From Takakia lepidozioides (Eukaryota; Plantae; Bryophyta): a stretch of 64,000 bases of DNA. The translations under genes were made by a program, and so were the position numbers. The stretch spans positions 1,860,001 to 1,924,000 of the forward strand of contig CM060732.1 of the NCBI GenBank assembly GCA_030704615.1. Direction: 5' to 3'. This document shows, one piece after another, positions 25,590 through 36,707 of this stretch (its first letter is position 1; each line of letters starts with the position of its first letter). The notes beneath the pieces are model-generated. The model had not been told where the DNA came from. It searched no databases and saw only the letters and a program-made list of their open reading frames with translations.

Positions 25590-28500
25590 TTTCCCTCACG
25601 CAGGTAATTCGGAAGCGCGCGGATGGAAATCCGGCGCCGAATTTCCATCCGCGCAGGTAATTCGGATGCGCGCGGATGGAAATCCGGCGCCGAATTTCCA
25701 TCCGCGTAGGTAGGGCGGTTCGCCAAATTTCCTTCAAGCAGGTAATTCGGATGCGCCCGGATGGAAATCCGGCGCCGAATTTCCATCCGCGCAGGTAGGG
25801 CGGTGCGCCAAATTTCCTTCAAGCAGGTAATTCGGATGCGCCCGGATGGAAATCCGGCGCCGAATTTCCATCCGCGCAGGTAGGGCGGTGCGCCAAATTT
25901 CCTTCAAGCAGGTAATTCGGATGCGCGCGGATGGAAATCCGGCGCCGAATTTCCATCCGCGCAGGTAATTCGGATGCGCCCGGATGGAAATCCGGCGCCG
26001 AATTTCCATCCGCGTAGGATGGCGGTGCGCCAAATTTCCTTCAAGCAGGTAATTCGGATGCGCGCGGATGGAAATCCGGCGCCGAATTTCCATCCGCGCA
26101 GGTAATTCGGATGCGCCCGGATGGAAATCCGGCGCCGAATTTCCATCCGCGCAGGTAGGGCGGTGCGCCAAATTTCCTTCAAGCAGGTAATTCGGATGCG
26201 CGCGGATGGAAATCCGGCGCCGAATTCCATCCGCGCAGGTAGGGCGGTTCGCCAAATTTCCTTCAAGCAGGTAATTCGGCGCCGAATTTCCATCCTGCAG
26301 GTAAGTCGGATCGGTGCCATATGGATATTCGGCGCCGAATTTCGATTCGCCATTTATTTCTGAGCGAGGAATTACCTCCGTGCAGGTAATTCCCATATAA
26401 GAATTACCTTCGTGCAGGTAATTCACAACAAGAATTACCTTCATGCAGGTAATTTCCAGATGAGAATTACCTTGTGCAGGTAATTCTGGACGAGAATAAA
26501 CATCGATTGGAATTACCTGCAGGAAGGTAATTGTCATCTGGAAATTACCTGCACAAAGGTAATTCTTGTATGCGAATTACCTGCACGAAGGTAATCTTAT
26601 ATGGGAATTACCTGCACGAAGGTAATTCCTCGCTCAAAAATAATGGCGAGTGGAAATCCGGCGCCGAATATCCATACGGCACTGATCCGACTTACCTGCT
26701 GGATGGAAATTCGGCGCGAATTTCCATTCATCCACGATTCGAATACCTGCAGGATGGAAATTCGGCGCCGAATATCCATATGGCACCGATCCGACTTACC
26801 TGCTGGATGGAAATTCGGCGCCGAATTTCCATTCATCCATGATTCGAATTACCTGCAGGATGGAAATTCGGCGCCGAATATCCATATGGCACCGATCCGA
26901 CTTACCTGCTGGATGGAAATTCGGCGCCGAATTTCCATTCATCCATGATTCGAATTACCTGCAGGATGGAAATTCGGCGCCGAATATCCATATGGCACGA
27001 TCCGACTTACCTGCTGGATGGAAATTCGGCGCCGAATTTCCATTCATCCACGATTCGAATTACCTGCAGGATGGAAATTCGGCGCCGAATATCCATATGG
27101 CACCGATCCGACTTACCTGCTGGATGGAAATTCGGCGCCGAATTTCCATTCATCCATGATTCGAATTACCTGCAGGATGGAAATTCGGCGCCGAATATCC
27201 ATATGGCACCGATCCGACTTACCTGCTGGATGGAAATTCGGCGCCGAATTTCCGTTCATCCATGATTCGAATTACCTGCAGGATGGAAATTCGGCGCCGA
27301 ATATCCATATGGCACCGATCCGACTTACCTGCTGGATGGAAATTCGGCGCCGAATTTCCGTTCATCCATGATTCGAATTACCTGCAGGATGGAAATTCGG
27401 CGCCGAATATCCATATGGCACCGATCCGACTTACCTGCTGGATGGAAATTCGGCGCGAATTTCCATTCATCCACGATTCGAATTACCTGCAGGATGGAAT
27501 TCGGCGCCGAATATCCATATGGCACCGACGATCCGACTTACCTGCGGATGGAAATTCGGCGCCGAATTTCTTCATCCACGATTCGAATTACCTGCAGGAT
27601 GGAAATTCGGCGCCGATATCCATCCAGATCCGCACGATCCGACTTACCTGCTGGATGGAAATTCGGCGCCGAATTTCCATTCATCCACGATTCGAATTAC
27701 CTGCAGGATGGAAATTCGGCGCCGAATATCCATATGGCACCGATCCGACTTACCTGCTGGATGGAAATTCGGCGCCGAATCTCCATCCATCCGAGATTCC
27801 ATTTTACCTGCTGGATGGAAATTCGGCGCCGAATCTCCATCCGGGGGATGGTCTCTGTCGGAGAGGTGCCCGCCTCTCCGCCGCTCTGTTGGATATTCGG
27901 TGCCGAATTTCCGTCCCGGGGGTTTGAAATATGACTGCCAGGTTCCGACCTCTCCCCCTCCCCGACCTTCCATGGACGGCCCCGATGAAATTCGGCTGCC
28001 GTTTTTCTCAGCTGTGGAGGTTTTTAATGTCGGCAGTTTTTGCTCTCTGACACGACCGACAACACTTCCTTTGGGGGGTCCCCGGATGGAAATTCGGCGC
28101 CGAATGGCCCGGCCAGGGGATTTTCTCTGTCGCACACTGGCCGAGCCTCTGTGCCCCAGGCTACTTCATCCGGGTCGTCCCCTGTTCGATATTCGTTGCC
28201 GAATTTCCGTCCGGGGGTTGAAATGTGACAGCCAACTGCAGGCCACTCCCCCCTCCCCGACTGCATCCGAATCGCCCCGGATGGAAATTCGGCGCCGTTT
28301 TTCCATCTGGGGATGTTTTTGATCCGTCCAGTTTTTCGGCCTGACCCCCCGACACGACTCCCTTTGGGGGACCGGATGGAAATTCGGCGCCGAATCTCCA
28401 TCCAGAAGATGTTATCTGTCGCACACACTCCGGCCTCTGCGCCCGAGGCGACTTTCATCCGGGCTTCCTCTGTTGGATGTTGGGTGCCGAATTTCCATTC
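25590..28500. repeat. Intergenic palindrome arrays of MULE copy B
   Basis: ~81-bp and ~41-bp units at 25590-26290. Eight AATTACCT-N6-AGGTAAT units at 26369-26628. About 11 units of ~106 bp at 26650-27830, each with two GGAAATTCGGCGCCGAAT palindromes. ~288-bp-type units at 27830-28500. Confidence 0.93.
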
Positions 28501-28798
28501 GGGGGTAGTAATGTGACGGCACGGTGCCGGCTTATCCCCTTCAGCCGTCATCATCCGGACGGCCCCCCACTTTCTGACTGCATACCGTTGGCAGTTATTG
28601 CGCAAAGACGAGGGCCGCATTCCGGAGACAAGGTTCATTAACACTCTGACTGTGGATTTTTGAGATAGTTGGCTCCCTGGATTTGGATCAGGCTTCGTCG
28701 CTCGGACAAATCGGCATCGCATTCATTCCCATCGCTGCACCCCCTTCTACCAGGGAGCTTCCCCGCACGCCATCCTGGCAGTCTTGTGTGCACATCTC

Positions 28799-31700
28799 AT
28801 GGCGGAAAACCCGAGCGCTACAGTGTACTGCCCTCCTCACGAGCATAGAGCTTCATTTCCCGTGCAGAGGGGACACCTGCCGGGTGATGGAGAAATATCT
28901 GTGCGTTCGATACCACCTGAAACCGGGGTCGGTTTTTTTGGAGGAGGAAAGGAAGGACTCAAACGGCCTTGTTGTCGAGAGTATTGTTGTGCTCCACGAT
29001 GATTTCGGCGATGGCAGGGAATGGCGAGTTTCCACCATCGGACAGCGTCATATACAGGGCTGTTGGGGACTTCATTTGCCCGCCAAATGCACCGTCTATC
29101 TGGCGCCTTCCACGAAACAATCCGCGAATCAGAGAGTGGGTACCTCAAAGAGAGAAGTCCGCAACGAAGTAAATCCAGAGCCGAACCCATCCATGAAGAC
29201 GACCGAGAACTGGGTTGTTCACAACCTGTCCGACTCAGACGAGGTCATGGAAGTTCCGAGGTCGTCCTGGAGATCAGGCAAGTCCTCAATGGACGTCAGT
29301 GGAGGAGGGAGTCATATTCCCAGCACGAGCACCGCAGTTCGATCTATTCTAGAAATTCTGCGAGGGCTTCACCTGGAGGGACACCCGGTCGGAGCTGGCC
29401 GGGCTGGACTACAGCAAGTTCGCAATTAAATCGGTTACATGCCTTCCCGCCGACGTCGACGGTAATGTCTTCTTTGAGTTCCTCCTCGGGCGGACTACTC
29501 GAGGGCGTCCGGAATGTTGACAGATATGGATAGAAAACATGACGGTCATCCTTGGTGCGTTACAAAACCACCAGCATGAAGATGCTTGATGGTGTGCGGG
29601 TGCGCTACGTTGTTTGTGCGGGCGCGTTGCGGTGTTTCTCCCCAACTTGCTTCCACTTTAAATCCAGAGGTCACAGGAACGAGACCGATTGGACAGGCAC
29701 AGCTCACCAACCATTTCGAGCTCAGGAGAAGGTTCCGAACTCCACATTTAAGTGTGCGCATTGCAAAGAACCACCACACTGCATGTCTGTTTGTAATGCC
29801 AAGCAGTTCTATGTGTTGCACCGTTTCCCTGACCTCACCCGAGCTTGCATACACGTTGGTTCCCATTGTCACAAATTGGCGAGGGGGAACTCGCGGGAGG
29901 CTGCCCACGAAGCAGAGCAGCTCGTTCAGGAGGAGGTTAAGTTGAGACCGGGTGCCAAACCCAAACAGATACAGCTCCAAGCCGCCCATAAGATGGCATT
30001 GGCCAGAATTATGTCGGAAGACGGCTCGGATAGAGTTCCTCTCGACGAGAAGGAAATGGAGGCATTGCTCGAGTCGGTGTCCCACGTATGTTCACCGAAT
30101 GTCCGAAACCACATTGTCTCTTGCAAACAGAAAATTGGGCGTGGCTCGGATATGCACTCCATTCTGGAGGTGAAGCGACGATGTGGATATGACTACATTC
30201 ATGGAAGTAGGTTTCCAGGACAAGGGACTGAGGCAGATCGTTGTTTCGTATTCAAAATGTCCACGTGTGGACCTGGCAGTGGCGTCGAACTGGTCGACAG
30301 GATGACGAGTGGGAACTTGTCAAACAGTTGGGTCATGTTCGACCATATCAAGCGAATTACAAATCACCAGTGGGTGACAATGGGTGCACATGTCTACGAC
30401 ACCCACTGCAGGATGCTAATGACAATTGCTATTTGTGAGATGAAAGGAGAGGACACACAATCGGAGATGCTTCTTTGGCAGGGAATAAACGAACAGATGG
30501 CCAAGGCGGGATTGCCCCCTCCCAATTTCCGTGGTTTCATGGCGGACAACGCACAAGCAAATTGGGCTGCCATCCGAAGGGTGTACGGGCAAGACCCCAA
30601 TGTTCCCATGGAAGGCGAGGAGAGATCTTGTGGGTTCCACTTTCTGCAGAGCCTTTCGCAGTACACAACCAGGCTCGTGGCGCCAGATTTCAGAGAGGAG
30701 CACCGTTCCATGTGCCTTGCGTGGAAGCGCGCTCCCACCTTGGATGATGCAGAGACACAGTTTGCATGCATACGGGCTTGGTGGACATCGTCAGGTGCTG
30801 TAAGGAAATCAGACGAAGGAGCAATGGTCAGTTGGCTAGCATGGTGGCATTATCGTTTCCTCCAGTTCGGCGACTATATGCGGGAGGTGAGTTGCACGAA
30901 TTCGCGTCCCGTTGGATATTATTCTTGGCCATATTTGTAACTTGCTTGTAACCTCAACATGTGCTTGTGCAGGAAATGTGTCTCGACTCCGACACCGACA
31001 TGCCCACGACAAACATGGCCGAATCAGTGCACTCTTCCTGGCGTGCCTCCTCTGCGGCGCATCTGGTGGACATCCTCACTGCCACAACGGAGGACATTGT
31101 GAGGTCAATTATGCAGCAATGCAGGTACAACGAGTTCTTGAAAGGGAAACAGTGGGGCTTGGGGCCGGACAGGCAGGAAATGCTGATGCGGACTGCCTCC
31201 AGATCGAAGAATCCTCGGAAGTGGGCGGCGGCCTTGCGAGAGGGCCTTCGGGACACGCCATTGCTGCGAAGAGGCCAACATTTGGAAGGAGATGTTCATA
31301 CCCGTCCAGTGAGACGAAGACTTGACGAGGCACCTGGCGGAGAAGAGGATTCATGGCGAGCTGACAAGAATATTCGCACGCTCCCTCGTGGTCCGGTGAT
31401 GTTGTCCGAGGAGGTCTCGTCGAGCACCGGAAGTCCTGCACGTTCAAGATCGCCATCTCCTTTGAGCACAGGGCGCGTGCCCCGGCAACATAACGAGCCA
31501 TCTGTAGTAAAGCAATACAACATTCCCATTGTGGAGACAAGAGTGTCGGAGTCACAGTGGAGAATTGCGAGGACATTGCCGGCATTTCGAGGGAAGTGTT
31601 GCGCCATCCGGGTGGATACGAGAGCACGCTGTGGTGAGATGATTCGGAGGAACCCACACGGTGCTGTACCTGCACCTTGTTTCAGCGGCAGATTTTTGAC

Positions 31701-32391
31701 TCCCACATTTGCTCACGCCACAACGCAGACATTTTGGTTCTGTAGGCACGACATAATGACCTGTGTATTTGGCAAGCCCAAGTACGGGATTCAGGGAATG
31801 CCGGAGCCTCCGGGCGTCTGGCCTGTTGCACCGGGTTGCAGCCTCTCTCAGAATGAGGCGGATGCTCTATCTGCAGCAGGATTTCGAATGGTGCAACGCA
31901 CAGACATCCCGGCCCACGCATTTCCGGTTCCTCAGACCCAGCCATTGCATACTGCTCGGTCCAGTAGAGACGGATTGGACAATTCTGCACATCCCACAAT
32001 GCGATTCGGAAGAGTGAAGAGACGACACCCTCCCAACAAGTTGAATGAGACTCGGATTGCCAATGCTCTTGGGATGGCTTGCACTATTCAGAGCTCCGTG
32101 GACGTACCCCCACCCGGCCTTGGGCGTGTGTATCGGATGGCAACGGCCGGCTCGGCTGTACGCGACGATGTATACACAATTACGATTGGAGTGGAGCCGA
32201 CTTGCAACTGTACGGACTTCTCGTTGATGGAAGCAAAGAAGGGTTCGAAGTATTATCCGTGCAAGCATCTGTATTACATTTACCTGAAGAGGTTGAGGAT
32301 GAACGTGACTATTGATGACTTTATTCATGCACCGGCGTTGAGCGTGAACGAGCTGCACAAACTCCTTCTTAGGGATTCCAGAAATCATTGA
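28799..32391 (+). CDS. MULE (Mutator-like) DDE transposase with GCM-like N-terminal domain and C-terminal SWIM finger; two exons; 1-bp indels in exon 1
   Basis: ATG at 28799; intron ~30887-30973 (GAG|GTGAGT...TGCAG). Motifs: DGHPW..CAGALRCFSPTC..CAHC..HVGSHCH; MFDH (D1); GFMADNAQANWAAIRRVYG (D2); CGFHFLQ (CxxH); TTNMAESVH (E); CNCTDF..PCKHL (SWIM). Confidence 0.9.
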
Positions 32392-32544
32392 TGGGGCAAA
32401 CGGAATCCTCCATATGGATATTTTCAAATGCATTTTGCTGTATCAGACTTTTTTTTTGCAGTGTAATGAAATGCACCCCAAAACTCCTGGAATGAGGCAA
32501 TATTCCATTCAAACTGAGATCCAACAGAAGCAGTTCTGGGGCCA

Positions 32545-32780
32545 TTTCTGGAAAAATGGCGCCGAATTTCTCTTTTTGGGGCCGAAAACTCGCTAAGTCC
32601 CAACATGCACTGGTACCTGTGTTTGGGAAAATGGCGCCGAATTTCTCTTTTTGGGGCCGAAAACTGGCTAAGTCCCAACATGCACTGGTACCGTGTCTGG
32701 AAAAATGGCGCCGAATTTCTCTTTTTTGGGCCGAAAACTGGCTAAGTCCGAACATGCACTGGAAAAATGGCGCCGAATTA
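32545..32780. repeat. Subterminal ~75-bp tandem repeats containing AAAATGGCGCCGAATTT
   Basis: Units start at ~32552, 32627 and 32701, with a partial unit at 32762. Confidence 0.85.
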
Positions 32781-33111
32781 CCTGTCATGAGGGGACCTAT
32801 AGCCGCGGAATTCGGCACCATTTTTCGCCAGAGAGACCTATTGCCGCGAAATACGTCGCCGTTTTTTCAGGTTACGGACCCTATTACCGCGAAATTCGGC
32901 GCCATATTTGCACATGTCGCTAGGAATTGGCATGAGCGGAAGACAAAATATCATGAGCACAACTGTCAAAAGTGCAATTTTCCCTTCAAGGGGCCGAATA
33001 ATATATTTGTTTTTTCTGACACATTGCATTAAATTATTGTTTTTTATTGTTTTTTATTGTTTTTTATTTTCGAAATTTGTACTTCTGCTCATGAAAACCG
33101 ATTGTGTTACT

Positions 33112-33170
33112 ACTCTGCTCATGCCGCTCATGCCGCTCATGCCGCTCATGCTCATGAAATAGCAAACCTC
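33112..33170 (-). repeat. Right TIR of copy B
   Basis: (CTCATGCCG)n CTCATGAAATAGCAAACCTC. Confidence 0.9.
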
Positions 33171-34100
33171 CTCATGGAGACGTGCTCGGATGTCCAAGGG
33201 CGGATTCTGGACCTCACATGCGGCACGGGTAAGCCTTCACGTGCTCAGTTTGTCCCCTGGCCCCATTGCAATTGCATGCCGCAAGCTATTAACCGCCCGC
33301 TTTGTTCCTCAGGTGCTTCAATGTGGGCAGGGACGTTGTCCGACAGGCATGTGTTCGCCTTCGAGCCAGATACTGCCCTCCACAACTCGGAACTTGCAGC
33401 GGCTGAACGTCTGCCGAAAGAGGAAGAGGCATCCTCGGAGGATGAGGAAAAATCCGAGAAGGAGCAGGGGGAGGAAGTTGGGATCGAGGCCGAGGAGCCC
33501 CCGGTTTACGAGTGAGTGGTGGCATTGTAAGTTGCCTCCAGATTTTGTGAGGCACCTCCCTCCGCTCTCTTATTTCATTGAAAACCCTTTCTGGTTGTGC
33601 TGGTATTGACATTCTTCAAGTGGATTTGTTCTTACTGTAGGATGCCAAGTACTGCCGGAGGGACGTCTACACCGGAGTTCATGGGCAGGAGGAACGTGCC
33701 TTTTTTTGCCAGGGGGGATTTCATGCCTAGTCCAGAAAGGGAGTACATCCTTCCTACTTATGCTGCCCGGCTTGCTTCGGTGTCCGTTAGGAGGTGTTCC
33801 GAACGTAGTCGTGTACAGCAGATTTTAGACGAGGCAAGCCTCAAGAAAATGAAGATGAGGGAGGAGGCAGCAGCTATTAGAGCCCGTCGGGCTCGTAGAT
33901 TTGTGTTGGATTCTGCTGAGGAAAGTGGGGGAGAAGACGCAGAAGATTCCCAGGAGGTGAGGTGGACAGTCCCCCAAGGAGAGGACGGGATTTTTGAGAG
34001 GCATAGTGGAACTGATGCATCACAGAGCTCGGAGGATGAGGGGGATGAGGGGGATGAGGAAGAAGGTGGGGCAAGTTCCTCGGAGGGTGTAGGAGAGTAG
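33171..34100 (+). pseudogene. Cargo gene copy A, 3' part (SAM-binding motif I and last exons)
   Basis: LMETCSDVQGRILDLTCGTG resumes right after the TSD. Introns ~33229-33313 and ~33512-33640; stop at 34100. Near-identical to 18758-19690 on the minus strand. Confidence 0.9.
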
Positions 34101-34322
34101 TGCCCATTCCGGCTATGACAGTTAGAACACACTTGTATAGACGTGGCTTGCCACAAAATTTGCAATAAAATGTTGCATTTCAAGTCCACTGGTGCCACAT
34201 TCCAACTTCACATGACCCTATTTCCGTGCCTCCTAACCCTATTTCCGTGGACTCACAATGGTCTGCTCATGCTTTTTTTTTTTCCGCTCATGCTCATGCC
34301 GCTCATGAAATAGCAGCCCCCC

Positions 34323-35058
34323 TAAAAAGGTAGATGAGGAGGTCAATCTCAAGTTATAGCAAGAGTTAGAGGACACAAAGGCTGCTTTGCAGTTGGCCAA
34401 GGGACATCTGATTGAAGCCGGCCTCGAGCAGGACCAGTTGCATGAAGCACATAAGCAACAATTATACCAAATGCAGGTGAAGCATGAGGGCAAGTTGCAA
34501 GAAGTGAATGCATTACATACGGAGTTGCAGGCAGTACATGAGAGAATGACCATACAATGTGCTACACTCACAACTACTCTTGAGCAAACTGCATTAGAAG
34601 TTAACAGGCAAGGGGAGAGATGTATGAAGGCAGAGGCGGAGATAATCGAGCAGGCGAAACTCATTGTTGATATGAAGAATACAATCTGTCGCAATGAGAA
34701 TACTTTCAAGCAATACAGACAGGTTGAGGCTGACCAAGAGAGGTACATCTTGGAGTTGCAACAAACAGTCATGGTCAATAGAAATGAACTCTCTGTGGCT
34801 AACAAGGCTTGGAAGGAAGCCAATAATCTGGCTGCTGCCTATGCGAGTTTGGTTGAACCTCATGCAAAGCGCATGGAGGCTTTATAGCAGCAGTTAGATG
34901 TGAACAAGCTCACAGAGGAGCAGACTCTTAGGGGTGCCACACACGACTTGGTGGATAACCACCTTATGCAGGTCTGGTTAGCCCAAGGGCCGGTGGAAGG
35001 CAAAGCACCACGGAAGCTCACCCAGGGCGAGATGAATGAGCTCAAACTGCAGGTGCAG
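34323..35058 (+). pseudogene. Accessory ORF of the outer Gypsy element, coiled-coil middle part
   Basis: E/Q/K/L-rich heptad-like frame 34387-34887 and 34900-35058, with in-frame TAG stops. It continues in frame after the chromovirus TSD. Confidence 0.6.
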
Positions 35059-35787
35059 TGTCGCGCACCTCACTTCGGTAAGCTCCCCTCAAGTCATAGT
35101 TACTCGCTTTGATGTGCACGTCTGACTCCCAATCTGGCCGCTTGGCCAACTTGGAGCTTCGGCTGCTCACCGGGGCATAACGGTCCCCCTTTGCTCTCCC
35201 AAAGAACCCTCCACCGATTTGGAACCAGCGGGAATTCCCTTTGGTAGTTGGCAGTCCGGAACAGCTCCCCACTCTTTGGTCGCTTTCCGGCTCGCTCGCT
35301 TACTCACTAGTTTTTGGTCACCAACGGGCTTGCACCGTTCTCGGGGTTACTACTCCCTATATATACTTCTGTAGCTGTCTGCGGGGGTTTCACAACCAGC
35401 CATACCATTTTATGGCGAGCCACCACGAAAACCCTCGACTCCCGGTGATGAGTCGCGGTGAGTCTTGGCCCACTCACCACGGCCCCTATGGACCGTGATG
35501 AGTCCCAAGACTCCCCACGACTCCCACCACGAGGTCTCCGCCCCATGGTGAGTCCTAAGCCACCCCCACTAAGTCCCGCTAAGCTACCACCACCCCTTGT
35601 GGAGCCACCCCCACCGCAACCCGGTGTGCGGGGCTCCACCTAGTGAGCGCCTCCGCCTCCTTGGGTGCCTTGGACACTCAAGGGTGCTTCAGCCCCCCAT
35701 ACCTATCGCTGCCGCTGCCCCCACCACAGGGGCAACCCCTCATGTGTCCCGACCCCCCCCCTGCCCTCAAGGCAAAGGGCCGCGACA
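35059..35787 (-). repeat. 3' LTR of the chromovirus
   Basis: TGTCGCG...CGCGACA. The adjacent GGTAGGGGTGTG on the minus strand (35788-35799) is the PPT. Confidence 0.96.
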
Positions 35788-36707
35788 CACACCCCTACCA
35801 ACAGGGAGTCGATGTCCTCATCGACTTGTCCATTTTGTAGAAACGAACATCCAAGTTGTGGCGTCCCACATCAAGGAGTTTGTTTCCGTACCATGGCATC
35901 CCATGGCAAAGAACCAAACCCCACACTTGACTCTACTCTCCACTAGCTAGTTCGGCCGACTTCCTCCAAGTCCCGGCGAAGGGTGGAGCCTCTCAAGCTC
36001 CTCCCAGTGCACTCTTCTTGGCCTACTTCAAGGCCAAGGAACGATCCTCCCCGAGGATCGAATCGCCTTACTGGAACAACATTGCTTGCGACCGCTCATG
36101 ATGCCGCTTTTGGCATCACTTTGAGCAAGGGTTCACTTGGAACCCTCTTTGACTAGGAAGATAACCTTGAACCAACCGTGCACCCCAATCACTACAATTG
36201 GGTCCGCCTTGGAATGTTGGCCTGAGGTACGGGAACACGCCGAAGCCGCACTACGACTTCGTCCCGAGGCTACACGATTATAGTACGTGGACAGAAGCAC
36301 GTGGCTTCCGCGTTAGCCCGCACTACAAGGCAACCCCCTCGGTAGCGCAGTTATAGTACGCGCACGCGCCAGGTGCGCACTAGCACGTGAACTCCCAAAG
36401 AAGGCGCAAGTTTCCTTGCCCCTCGAATGGGGGTCACCCGATTTCGGCACTACGCAAACACACGATTAACCCCTCCCACTTTTATAAGCTAGCATGCATT
36501 CTACACACTAGCCAACCATACCATGCATCACCATTCCAAACAAAATAGGACGCACAACATTTGGAATCCATTTCATTTATAGCACGTTTTGTACAATACA
36601 AGTTTTTGCAATCGGATTCCTAAGCTAGCTAAGCCGGGCTAAGCATGCATTTCCTCCCCCACGCTCCAAGGTTGATGTCCCCATCAACGCTTCTTCCGCT
36701 TTTGAGG

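Larger units (their letters stand above)
18522..33170 (+). mobile_element. Complete MULE copy B (14,649 bp) with TIRs and 8-bp TSD CTCATGGA
   Basis: Left end GGGGGCTGCTATTTCATGAG; right end (reverse complement) GAGGTTTGCTATTTCATGAG. CTCATGGA is duplicated at 18514-18521 and 33171-33178; the match extends to 10 bp because the terminal bases are ambiguous. Removing the element restores ...QTLMETCSDV. Confidence 0.95.
7861..34321 (-). mobile_element. MULE copy A, truncated at its left end and interrupted by copy B
   Basis: It is an inverted near-identical match to 18522-33170. The right terminus is ...TCATGAAATAGCAGCCCCC at ~34303-34321. At 7861 the left side breaks off inside the transposase, before the SWIM domain. 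Confidence 0.92.

Noticed and set aside
25513-28322. Many ORFs with MEIRRRISI / WKFGAEFP / DGNSAPNF peptides
   Set aside because: These are translations of the stop-poor palindrome in all six frames, not genes.
7861-34321. Large inverted duplication as an assembly fold-back artefact
   Set aside because: It is explained by a nested insertion with TIRs and a TSD. The copies differ by substitutions, deletions and array length.
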